Part shown: positions 23,978 to 35,371 of the stretch, piece by piece
How the letters are laid out: each line of letters begins with the position of its first letter
How positions within the stretch are numbered: position 1 is the first letter of the stretch
NCBI GenBank assembly: GCA_950097015.1
Contig: CATNEN010000001.1
Span: 26,350,001-26,414,000 of the forward strand
DNA: 64,000 nucleotides
Source: Macrostomum hystrix
Lineage: Eukaryota > Animalia > Platyhelminthes
Reading direction: 5' to 3'
Program-made: the position numbers and the translations under genes
The notes under the pieces: generated by a model
The model's input: only the letters and a program-made list of their open reading frames with translations
Told to the model about the DNA's origin: nothing
Databases searched by the model: none

Positions 23978-25282
23978 GTCTTAAGTAAGTCTTAAGTCTT
24001 AAGCTTAAGGGCTAGATTGGCATATTTTAGTTGAGACAACAAGCAGCTGACAGTTGTCAGCTGGGCACATTTTCCCTGCTCGATTCTAAAAAGCATCAAA
24101 ATTGTTGATCTAGCAGCTCCTGTTTGGCAAGTTCATGTGACTTTTGATCCAGCGAATCTAAACTGAACTGGCCTAGCAGTGAAGCACCTGCTGTGGAGGG
24201 CAATTTGAACTCTGCTGTTTCTCTAACACCCAACTCAATGTTTGAGCATAGGTGACAGCTGCAGGGTTAGGATCCCAAACGGATTGTACCCCAGCTCCAA
24301 GGATTAATGATGAGTACCGTTTTGATGAAAAAAATTAAATTGAATTTTATTTTAAATGTTTTTTTCGCTTTGAGATGCGATGCTTTTGCATCTCATTATG
24401 AGATGCTTTTATAAGATAGATCGACATAATGGATCTTGAATAAAACAATTGTCTCAACCGGCAAGCAATAGGATTCGGACACAGCAATTTCGACGAAGAG
24501 TGATTTCGTATTTCAATAAACTGGAACAAAGCAGAAGAAAGTTCTTGGTTGCTTGGTGATGACAAGAATAAGTTGGTTATCGGCACGCACTATTAACGAA
24601 ACGACATGTTAGCGAAATGAAACAAAGAGCTCATTAAATTCACGGATTATCGTGCTAAAAACATTCAGTCCTATCTCGGGAATCCATTGCAGAGAGTGGT
24701 ATTTTGGAGCCATTCTATTTTCGAGACATTCTGGTGGCAAGTTTTCAGCCCTTGTTGCCGAAAACCCCACGGCCAAGCTGGAGGCATTGCGCCTCGTTTG
24801 CTGCAGCACAATTCCATTTTCCTTGGCTTTGTCAGATGCTGCTGATGGAAATTTCAATGAAATTGTTCTCAAAAATTCATGGAAATTTGCCAGCCGTGTT
24901 TTCTATGAGCAGAAACATAACTCACTGGGCTTGAAAAAGTAAATTTGGCTGGTGAGGCATGCCTGACTAGCTTCTGCTAGTGGAGCTTTTTTCAATACTG
25001 CGGCAGGCTTGAGTCTACTATAGAAACTCAGGCTGTTTATCGAGCTCTCACCTGGTGCTTCCACTGGGAAGCGTAGCCTGGTTATGCAGTTACGCTGCCA
25101 CATCCGATTTAAAAAACAGATTTCTTTAAAAACAAAAAGCAGACCAAAAATATCTGGAAACCCATTTTTCTAAAACTTACTTTCGTATGGCAGTGAGCAC
25201 TTATTGCAGTGAGCACGATTGAGCTTCTAGTCTCAGGGAAAGCAAATGAGATTTCTCGCTTATTTGTAAGTGCCTGATTAGG

Positions 25283-26231
25283 GGCTCAGTCGCAGAGCGG
25301 TTAACGCGTTTGCCACTCGCACCAATGTCCCTGAGCTCGATTCCGCGGCGGGACCACATTTATTTGGGGGCTTCTATCTATCTATCTATATGCAGGGGGG
25401 CCCGGGGCACTTGTCGCACAAGCGACGGAGCGGCACGCCCCCAGACCGGCGAACTAGGCGCTTTTGCGCCCATCGCGCCGCCTCCCCTGAGCAGGCACCA
25501 CACACAGCAGCACAGACCAGCCGGGGAGGGCAGGAGGTACCCAGAATAGGCAGCAGTGTCCCCCACCCCCGCCCCACACGCACAGAGCAGACCAAGCCGG
25601 GGCGGAAGGCTGATAAGAAATCAGTGGGGGCCGGGTGATGAGTGTACACTTATCCAATCGCGCTGACAGAAGTCCAGAAAGCGCGCGGCGGTGTACACCC
25701 GCCCTCCAGCCACCCCCCGCAAGGTCTTACGCCCCAGCGCCAACGCACACAACTCACACAACGCAGAACAGGCACACAGAAGGTAGGAGCGAAGCTATTA
25801 TGTCAAGCTTTGATTGCACGAAATATGGTGCACCTCCGCCGGTCGCTACTGTCCAAACCCCCCAACAAGTCCCGAAATTAATCGTGACTTGAAGGGTGAA
25901 TCGAACTAGCGTCCTTTGGAGTGCGAGGCAGCGGCGTTAGCTCGATTCCGCGGCGAGACCACATTTATTTGGGGGCTTGGGGACTTGTGAAATTTACGCC
26001 CTTGAGGGCCAGCCTCCAAGGTCAGTGAAACTTTACACTGCCTGACGATGAGAAAGTCAGGCCAGGTGTACACACCTGTGTGAGCGTATGCTTGCGTACG
26101 TTGTCTGTGTGCATGTGTGCTCAGGAGTTAGCGAAATGGGCAGAATTGCCTCCTCGCTGGCTGCGGGTCCAGACTCACCAAATGATGTGCCATTGCCCGC
26201 AGCCCTCCTGCAATTATTATTATTATTATTC
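25283..26231 (+). mobile_element. tRNA-headed SINE (second family, (ATT)n tail) interrupted by a nested insertion
   Basis: Head GCAGAGCGGTTAACGCG...GAGCTCGATTCC; body resumes at 25939. Collinear with the uninterrupted copy at 43224-43583. Confidence 0.85.
25374..25938 (-). mobile_element. Nested inverted SINE-like element (565 bp), 5'-truncated tRNA-like head, (TAGA)n tail
   Basis: Minus strand starts TAACGCCGCTGCCTCGCAC...AGTTCGATTC and ends TAGATAGATAGATAGA. Flanked by a 40-bp direct duplication. Confidence 0.7.
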
Positions 26232-26365
26232 CTGATTGAGTCCCATGTTAAGTCCCTGATTGCTTTTAGAACTCACTGATATCTGCGTTCGAAAAATGAT
26301 TCAAAGCTGAAAAGCGATTGCAGACACACGGCCTTCACAATCTCATTTCCCTTTGCCAGTTCGCG

Positions 26366-26713
26366 ATGCGCCTTCAGGCTGAGACGTTCTCGATCCATGG
26401 AAGCAGCCGCCACAATCGTACATCCGCCTTTGCCAGCAGCTGTGGCCGTCAGCTCATCCTGATGCTACTATTAGCGATGACTCTGGCCGTTGCGACGGAC
26501 GCTTTCGCTGCCGAGTCAACGCCCGACAAAGTAAGCCCAGACGACAACAAAAGCAACAACGCTGTAGGCTTGGAGGAGCCGTGGTTGGAGGAAGCGAGTT
26601 CTGACGTTGCCAACTATGAGGAGGCTGTGATGCCGCGCGGAGAGTCTGCTGCTCATCGATCCGTCGGAGCTGCCAAGCGGGCCCGGCACCCGTTTGTGGC
26701 GCAGGCCTGGTAG
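26366..26713 (+). CDS. Candidate secreted peptide (neuropeptide-like) precursor, about 115 aa
   Basis: Hydrophobic signal-like stretch LILMLLLAMTLAVATDAFA, acidic spacer, dibasic KR followed by ARHPFVAQAW-stop. A pyrimidine tract + CAG acceptor lies just upstream of the ATG; AATAAA at 27274. Confidence 0.55.
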   Translation: MRLQAETFSIHGSSRHNRTSAFASSCGRQLILMLLLAMTLAVATDAFAAESTPDKVSPDDNKSNNAVGLEEPWLEEASSDVANYEEAVMPRGESAAHRSVGAAKRARHPFVAQAW

Positions 26714-27399
26714 GCACTGATGCGAACTCCAAACCGCGGAGATAATCCCAGTCGCAACGGTTTCTAAGCTTCTTTTTCGGGAATTAGAACATTGCAATCG
26801 GGTTTTGGAATTGTGAAAAACGGACAACTCTATGTATAATCAATCTCTGCTTAGCCTGAAGCAAATATACTGCGCAATACCAGATTCGAGCTCACACTTT
26901 CGAGTTGTGGAAAAAGTATAACCGAATACTCAAAATAACATTCTAGATTTAGATACGATGCTTTTAGGGAAAAGACATTCAGACTGAAGTCCTCGGCCAC
27001 TGACGCAGCCTTGTCTTGCTTCAGACGAGATTGAGTCCGAGTTTGTCATGTTGAGCATTCAAAAGCGGATGAAATCATTTTGAAAATCGTCTCCTAAATT
27101 ACCCCCTGTATTGAAGTATTAAGCTTCAATTTAATCTCCCATCTGTAAGCTGATTCGGCCAGCATGTGTAGAGCGATCAATCAGTTAATATCATGAGACA
27201 TGTCCGGAGGAAGACAATAATCAGGGGGTCATTGCGTGACAGTCATCCACTGCAATTCGCTCAGGATTCAGTTAATAAACGTGCTGCCGAATTTCCTACC
27301 TTGTTTGGAGTTTTTTAGGTTCTGATCCATCTATTAATGGCCAGTTATATTTAGACTAAAGAGTGCTCAAATATGGCTTATTCGGGCATAGATCGCGAC

Positions 27400-28575
27400 T
27401 GTAGCTGTGAGCCGTGTAACACGGGCCTCACCTGGAATGTGCTTCTAGTATCGTGTGGCATCTCTTGTAGGCTGTGAGCTGTGTAACACGGGCCTCACCT
27501 GGAATGTGCTTTTAGTATCGTGTGGCACCTCTTGAAGGCTGTGAGCTGTGTAACACGGGGCCTCACCTGGAATGTGCTTCTAGTATCGTGTGGCATCTCT
27601 TGCAGGCTGTGAGCTGTGTAACACGGGGCCTCACCTGGAATGTGCTTCTAGTATCGTGTGGCATCTCTTGAAGGCTGTGAGCTGTGTAATACGGGCCTCA
27701 CCTGGAATGTGCTTCTAGTATCGTGTGGCATCTCTTGAAGGCTGTGAGCTGTGTAACACGGGGCCTCACCTGGAATGTGCTTCTAGTATCGTGTGGCATC
27801 TCTTGAAGGCTGTGAGCTGTGTAATACGGGCCTCACCTGGAATGTGCTTCTAGTATCGTGTGGCATCTCTTGTAGGCTGTGAGCTGTGTAACACGGGGCC
27901 TCACCTGGAATGTGCTTCTAGTATCGTGTGGCACCTCTTGAAGGCTGTGAGCTGTGTAATACGGGCCTCACCTGGAATGTGCTTCTAGTATCGTGTGGCA
28001 TCTCTTGTAGGCTGTGAGCTGTGTAACACGGGGCCTCACCTGGAATGTGCTTCTAGTATCGTGTGGCATCTCTTGAAGGCTGTGAGCTGTGTAATACGGG
28101 CCTCACCTGGAATGTGCTTCTAGTATCGTGTGGCATCTCTTGTAGGCTGTGAGCTGTGTAACACGGGGCCTCACCTGGAATGTGCTTCTAGTATCGTGTG
28201 GCACCTCTTGAAGGCTGTGAGCTGTGTAATACGGGCCTCACCTGGAATGTGCTTCTAGTATCGTGTGGCATCTCTTGTAGGCTGTGAGCTGTGTAACACG
28301 GGGCCTCACCTGGAATGTGCTTCTAGTATCGTGTGGCATCTCTTGAAGGCTGTGAGCTGTGTAATACGGGCCTCACCTGGAATGTGCTTCTAGTATCGTG
28401 TGGCATCTCTTGTAGGCTGTGAGCTGTGTAACACGGGGCCTCACCTGGAATGTGCTTCTAGTATCGTGTGGCATCTCTTGCAGGCTGTGAGCCGTGTAAT
28501 ACGGGCCTCACCTGGAATGTGCTTCTAGTATCGTCTGACATCCCTTGTAGGCTGTGAGCCGTGTAACACGGGGCC
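27400..28575. repeat. 67/68-bp minisatellite with alternating (135-bp dimer) units
   Basis: About 17 copies; TAACACGGGG and TAATACGGG units alternate through most of the array. Confidence 0.96.
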
Positions 28576-29077
28576 ACCTAGCGCACGCAGTCCCGTTCGT
28601 CTGATGACGCAAAGGTGTCATGCCTCCACGGGCGTTGCAGGCTGGCCCTCTCTGGTATCATCTAACAGTCCTCAGTGTCCATGTCTTAGACAGCAGGTCG
28701 GTCTTGACTACTTCCTGTCAATGCCGAGCCCCAAGGCGGTCAGGTAGCGCTTTGGACTGGAGGATGACAGGTAGCAAGGGGTAGGAAACCAATGGGGGTC
28801 CTCTGACGTCTTCCATGTGGGTTACATGACCGCCGAGGTAGGTAAGTGAGCTCAAGAATATAATATTAATTAAACGTAAGACCAAGTTGTGAATAACGTT
28901 GAGAGCTCATGATCTTGTTGTGTAAGCATGAAAGTAAAAATAATGAGCTCTAGTATGAAATTCTTCATTTTAAACGATCGCGTACACCTTTCGATAAAGA
29001 CCTGACAACCTGAGTCTATAAATAACCAGGAGCATATAAATTCTTATATTGACTCAAGCCAAAGATTAATTCTTATG

Positions 29078-29911
29078 TAGTGACAGTGGTCGGTTTGAGA
29101 TCGCCGGCCCACAGCCCTAGTAAGTAAAATATGATCGATCACTGAACCAGGCGTTAGGACGCTCTGTTGCAGTCAGGGACTGGTGGCGTTAGGACGCGCT
29201 GTTGCAGTCAGGGACTGGTGGCGTTAGGACGCTCACACAGTACTTCTAAGACTATTACAGTACTCCGTGCGGGCCTGGCACTCCGAAAGGACAGACACGA
29301 ATACAGCGCTTACCGGTCGGGACGCACGATATGATGGCAGGATGACGCTGAATGTATTTGTCGTCAATGTTTGCACTTCAATAAACAATACGCTGGTAAT
29401 CACTAGTCAATAAACACTTCGCATGCAAGGAATTGAGCCTTCGCCGTAAGAGACCGTCTTTACGGCACGATCTTTTAAAGTTCGCGAGGGGGCGAGTGGT
29501 ACCCTTGGCCCGGGCAGAAAACGATACCACTAGGGCCGACAAGGGGGCAGACAGGGGCGGAGCACAAACAAAGCCTACAGCGCGTTGGGGGGGGGTAGGG
29601 TTGTACGCGCTGGACGGGTGGACGGGCAAAGCTACGCAGAGCTGATTGGCGTGAGGGCAAAGCCACGCAGGGCTGGGGTAGGATAGCCCGCGCCCAGCCA
29701 ATCAGATGGCGGCACCGGGCACTCTGAGCCAGGACGGGGGTGGGTGAGGAAGGCCTAACAAAAGCCACACAAACCAGCCTAACACAAAGGCCGTGGACTG
29801 CCGGCCAGAGACCCCGGCACCACACGTATAAATATCCACTCCTTCCAATCGTGCTACGACTGGTATCGACTGAAATAAAATTTCTTGATTTTTTCAACGA
29901 AAATGTCACTA
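29078..29911 (+). mobile_element. Possible solo-LTR-like or TIR-bounded element
   Basis: Inverted ends TAGTGACA/TGTCACTA, internal 35-bp direct repeats (about 29150-29233), GC and CCAAT boxes, TATAAATA near 29827, AATAAA near 29874. No convincing 4-6 bp TSD. Confidence 0.35.
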
Positions 29912-30873
29912 ATGGAACTTGAAAAAGTTTAATATTTATATGTCAGCTCATAGTTTTCCATTGTTATCTCACGAGTACTCACTGGAGTCACTGTCTGGAA
30001 ATTATGAGCGCGCCTTCTAAATTAACCTTTTTACCTTTTTCGTCATAGATTATGTCGTGCTACTTTTAGTAGAAAGTAATGGTATAGAATTGATTATTTT
30101 AAAACCTGCTTGACTGCTTTCGGCGTCAGTGAGCAAAACCTGATTTAAAAAGTATCCAAAGGTACTAAAAAGTTTTTATTAACACGAAACGACATTGCGA
30201 ATTTTGTCGTTATTGAGTTGCTATTAAATAGTAACTATTAGTTCCATCCATTTGTTGTAGTTTATCGTTACCGTCGGCAGTTCGCCGTCGCGGTAGTCGG
30301 GGTTCGGGTACGGACCGCCCAAAGCTTGCCGGGGGGGAAGGGATGGGAAGCAGCGACCCTCGAGGCGGATTGAAAGGTATCAGAAAGGTATTAGGTCAGA
30401 TTGAAAATATTTCGGCCAGCAATGCAGTCGAGATGCTATGCAGCAGGTGTCAGTATCTTCGTCTTGTGTTGAAGAGGGCCGGGTTGCGTTGACGACCACA
30501 GCCTCATACGGTCGCCATCTGCTGGGACAGGTACCCTCTCAACTGGAGATCGGTGAGAAAAAACGCAAGGTATAGAGTTAGACTGACTCGCAGACTGACT
30601 GCAAGACCGCATGCGCGAGTCGTTAACGATATTCGAGAAATATCGCGATCGCACTGAGTCTAGACAGTCCTAGACTCATGCAGTCGGTGCAACCTGTGAC
30701 TAAAGCATGGTGAGGCCGTGACCGTATCCGACCAGGCTAAAAACTACAGGTCTTGACGGGACACGAGTTTAAGAAAAGCGCATAGACATAAAACACTGAA
30801 GTCTATTTTATGCATAAACCTAAACCACTTTGAGGAGCGCAGTGATAAACACGTCAGACCTGGACACAATGAA

Positions 30874-31589
30874 TCAGTGACGCTTGAAGTAGTCTCCAGC
30901 TGAGCTGCTCAGACTGGCGGGCGGGTAGGCGAACCTGAGCAGATGGCACAGCTGCTGCTGGCCTGAGAAGATCACAGCCTGACAGTTGACAGCCTTGGCC
31001 TCGCACTGAAACAGGCAGTCGAGCTCGACCAAGGCCGGGACCGTCCAGAATGTCTGCTGAATGGCTTCCACGGTGTAATTTGGCCGTGGCGCTGGCTTAA
31101 AAAAGTTTTTCACTGAAACGGAGGCAAATTTACGTTACTTCGGAGAGAAAGGAAACTTACATTCCAAGGTTTGGAATGCGACTCACTGGGGTAGGTGAGG
31201 GCGAACACGGAGTTTCGCCAGCCTGCTCCGCACTTCTGCAGCGGGTTTCCAGGGCACGCCATGTTGCAGTCGTTCTCATTAGCTCTTCCGCGTGAGCCGA
31301 ATGAGTTGCCGCACATGCAGTTAAATCCGTACTGCACACCGAAGTAGGGGAAGCCGCCCAGTGAGCAGACTCTGCTGCAGAACTCGTGCGAGTTGTTGGG
31401 TGAGTCGATGCGACTGGCTATGACGGCGAGCCCACCGATGCTGCTGATGCCACTCAGTCCGTTCAGGTCCCTGATTGAGCTGTCAACGAAGCAGCCGATG
31501 TAAGAGAACTCAACAGTCCTGGCAGCCACACAGAACAGGAGTGCAGCTGAGACTGCGCCAGTGAGAATGCCACCCTGCTTCAGAGCCAT
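30874..31589 (-). CDS. Secreted WSC-domain + PAN/apple-like protein, 2 exons (31589-31187, 31112-30874), about 213 aa
   Basis: Signal peptide; WSC motifs YIGCFVD...CSRVC...YFGVQYGFNCMCGN...CNMACPGNPLQKCG. A 74-nt GTGAGT...TTTCAG intron joins in frame to an exon with DCLFQC...CQAVIF...CHL. TATA-like element near 31723. Confidence 0.85.
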
Positions 31590-33150
31590 TACTTAAGAGA
31601 ACGGAAGAAAACCCAAAATTCTTATAAACGTTTATCACGTTTTCTGCCAGCTTATGCAAGCAGAATTTAAGAATTTTATGTCTTTAGAGCGTATAAATTA
31701 GGATTTAGTCACGCCCCATGGCTTATATACACATTCTTCGGGTTCTACATTGAATTTTTTTATGAGATGGAGTGTTCATCTTAGAATGGCTCTGGGTTCC
31801 GCTCTGGATCCTATAGGATGAATATTCAAGGGTTAACAGCGGAATTCGTGATAAAAAGTACTACGCTCAGTATCATGCACTCGTGGGGATATTGATCTAT
31901 AGAAGTGATGGGACTGTCACTTAAATACTCTTTTGCATACTAATCCCGCGTGGGAAAGCTTTTTTTGCTATATTTTGCGGGGCGCCACCTGGCGACCGCC
32001 CCTAAAGCCTCGAACGACATGATGATTGATGACTGCTTCCCGTACGACTTACAACCACTACCTGCGCTATCTATATGCGGATGTAAAACAGTCGCACTCA
32101 CAATTAGTTTAGGGCCTAACCGAAGTGTGTAATGAACATTGCGTACCGCGTTTATTACTTACATTTGTTCAGATAAGCCAGCCCAGTTTCTATGGCTAAT
32201 CATTGCTTCATGATTATTGCGTACCGCTTGAATTTATTACTATTTTAATTAACAATATCACTGTGTCTGTGTATTTGATGGCATGGCACAACAACTCGTT
32301 AGGACGAGTTTGAACTGAGACTATTGGTTATATTGGCGATATATTGGCGATAAATTTTATATATAGCGACGACGCTTGGAGAGAGAGTGAGAAAAAATAT
32401 CTGGAAATTACTGGAATAAGTCCTCAATGCTGCTCTTTAGAGTTGTCAGTCGCAACGAATTTTTATTGTTACTCGTTATTTGCACGGGACCGTGTAAACA
32501 AGTTTCGCGTTCTTTTCCCAGTGCCGTGCATTAAATTTCTCTACTTTGATGGACAAGAATTTCCTTCGAAGCATTAGATATAAAATATATGTAATGTCTA
32601 TTGTCCCAGTTAATGCTCATTTCAGCTCTAAGCTTTAATTTTTATTTCATAATCTTCGACACTGGATCTCTATGTGTGTATATGTCAATGCTATGTATAT
32701 AAAGGTAATTCCAGGCTTGGCTCTATAATAACTAAGTACTATAATTATTTATTTAATTATATAATCTTAATTTTAATTCCTTTCTGCGCTAGGGACTCCA
32801 TAAGACCGACGAAGTAAAGAAATTAGTCAAAATTTTCATGGATGTCCAGGCTAACTATAATAACGATTACGTTCGCGGAGTTGAATGTTATAAACTAAGT
32901 TTGTTATTTTGTCAGCTTTCTTTGAAACATAAGAAAGCCGCTAAAAACACTAAAGCTATCATAAGATATTATTTAAATTTATTAAATGTTATGAATAGCA
33001 AATCGCAATTTTTTAAAAAGTCATCAAAGTTAGTTATGGTTCGAATCTTTTGCATATTATTTCGATTAGTGGGTCTTATGCGCTGTGGGATTGGTTCAAT
33101 GTATGTTGAAACAACTAAAACAAAACTAAAAACTAAAAATCTAAAACTAA

Positions 33151-33215
33151 ACAGGGACAACTAAAACCCTCAGCCCTCAGGGCTAAGAAACCCTCAGGGT
33201 TTTAGTTGTCCCTGT
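33151..33215. repeat. 65-bp unit with a perfect 20-bp inverted repeat (MITE remnant or hairpin)
   Basis: ACAGGGACAACTAAAACCCT (33151-33170) pairs with AGGGTTTTAGTTGTCCCTGT (33196-33215). Confidence 0.8.
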
Positions 33216-34289
33216 GTATGTTACTAGGTACTCTAGGACTTTATAGTGTATTAAAGGAAATTTAATAGTAATACTTTTCTTTTTACGTTTAACAAGATAA
33301 GGTACAATGTGAAGGATTATCTACTTTTTAAAGGCTGCCTAGCCTGTGTAGTACTGGCAATCCTTTGGTTTCCCACTCTAAACTAAATTACTTTAACTCA
33401 TTTTTCGGGCTTTTAACAAAATAATGAGTCAATAAATTTATTTTAAGGTTAGCTTAGTAAGGTCAGACTGAGCTGAATTTATAATCTTAGTTCAAATTAA
33501 TTAAGATGGCAGTGCATTTTTACAACAGTTAGATTTAGGCTAACACACACTCTTGAAACTGCTAGCACTACACATGTACCAGGTGGCTAGGCCTATCTAT
33601 GTACTAGGTTAGTACATGTTAGATGTTAAAATATTAACATCAAATTAACATTAGGGCCTAACATTAACATTAAATATTACATTTGTAGCCCTGCATTGTA
33701 AATCAAATTACAACACATGTACTATGTTGATTGACTGGCTATGCATTTCCTATAGCTATCAATCAATGTACTTGTTGGATCTAGTCATGGGACTATAAGT
33801 ACACATTAATGGCTTTCTCATTGCTTTATCATATTTGATTTAATGAGTATTGTGAAATGAGTATTTACACAAGATCATAAATTTTAATAATAATAAGCAA
33901 GCCTATGTAATGGGATTTTGAGAATTTTTATTTATATAGCCTTATTGGCTGACAAAAATGTAAACCTAAATGTTTTGTTCTAAACATTTAATTAGAAGTT
34001 GGCCTACCTCTATCATTGGCTAGCTAGACCTATAAATCATAGTTATATCAACTTCTAGGTTTCTAGCATACTATAATCCAGACCTCACTTAGCTGTTGAT
34101 GGCTATTAAGCCTATTTAAATAAAATGCTTGATATTTTTATATGAAAATCAATATTGTATTCATAATCATATTTATATTGTTCACAAGATCTAAATTCAA
34201 TTTCTTGCCAGTAATGTGCAACTAGATAGGCAGAAGCAGTGAAATGGGCAGAATGGGCAAGGCATAATTCAAATGAAAAGTGAGGCAGT

Positions 34290-35220
34290 TCTCACTCTAC
34301 TACAGAAGAGGAGACAGAACTGGAGCTAAGAATGAGACAGCTGTCACTCAACTACAGAAGAGGAGACCGAGCTGGAGCTGAGAATGAGACAGCTGTCACT
34401 CCACTACAGAAGAGGAGACTGAACTGGAGCTGAGAATGAGACAGCTGTCACTCCACTACAGAAGAGACAGAGGTGGAGCTGAGAATAAGACAGCTGTCAC
34501 TCTACTACAGAAGAGGAGACTGAGCTGGAGCTGAGAATAAGACAGCTGTCACTCTACTACAGAAGAGGAGACAGAGCTGGAGCTGAGAATAAGACAGCTG
34601 TCACTCCACTACAGAAGAGGAGACCGAGCTGGAGCTGAGAATGAGACAGCTGTCACTCCACTACAGAAGAGGAGACCGAGCTGGAGCTGAGAATGAGACA
34701 GCTGTCACTCCACTACAGAAGAGGAGACTGAACTGGAGCTGAGAATGAGACAGCTGTCACTCCACTACAGAAGAGACAGAGGTGGAGCTGAGAATAAGAC
34801 AGCTGTCACTCTACTACAGAAGAGGAGACTGAGCTGGAGCTGAGAATAAGACAGCTGTCACTCTACTACAGAAGAGGAGACAGAGCTGGAGCTGAGAATG
34901 AGACAGCTGTCACTCCACTACAGAAGAGGAGACTGAACTGGAGCTGAGAATGAGACAGCTGTCACTCCACTACAGAAGAGACAGAGGTGGAGCTGAGAAT
35001 AAGACAGCTGTCACTCTACTACAGAAGAGGAGACTGAGCTGGAGCTGAGAATAAGACAGCTGTCACTCTACTACAGAAGAGGAGACTGAGCTGGAGCTGA
35101 GAATGAGACAGCTGTCACTCTACTACAGAAGAGACAGAGGTGGAGCTGAGAATAAGACAGCTGTCACTCTACTACAGAAGAGGAGACAGAGCTGGAGCTG
35201 AGAATAAGACAGCTCTCACT
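34290..35220. repeat. 52/49-bp minisatellite upstream of calcineurin B
   Basis: About 18 copies of GAGCTGGAGCTGAGAATGAGACAGCTGTCACTCCACTACAGAAGAGGAGACT. Confidence 0.95.
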
Positions 35221-35371
35221 TTCGGTACATAGTGATAATAAAATCTGTCATCTAATTTCTTAAGCCAAAACTTTGTTTAAATCTTTCTTGTGTAATTTTT
35301 TTAAAATTTCAAGAAAATACAAAGCAATTCTTACAATACTCCACAGCTAAGCAGCAGCAGCAGCAGCAGTC

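Noticed and set aside
26041-26060. Hammerhead-like CTGACGA...GAAA in the second SINE family
   Set aside because: Only 3 nt between the core boxes and no room for stem III; the bases pair instead as a simple CCTGAC/GTCAGG hairpin.
27400-28575. CRISPR-like appearance of regular repeats here and elsewhere
   Set aside because: No unique spacers, no cas genes, eukaryotic context.
28606-28625. CTGATGA hammerhead core candidate
   Set aside because: No stem II followed by GAAA.
31981-31997. CTCF-like motif GCGCCACCTGGCG
   Set aside because: A single short match with no supporting evidence; could be chance or transposon-derived.
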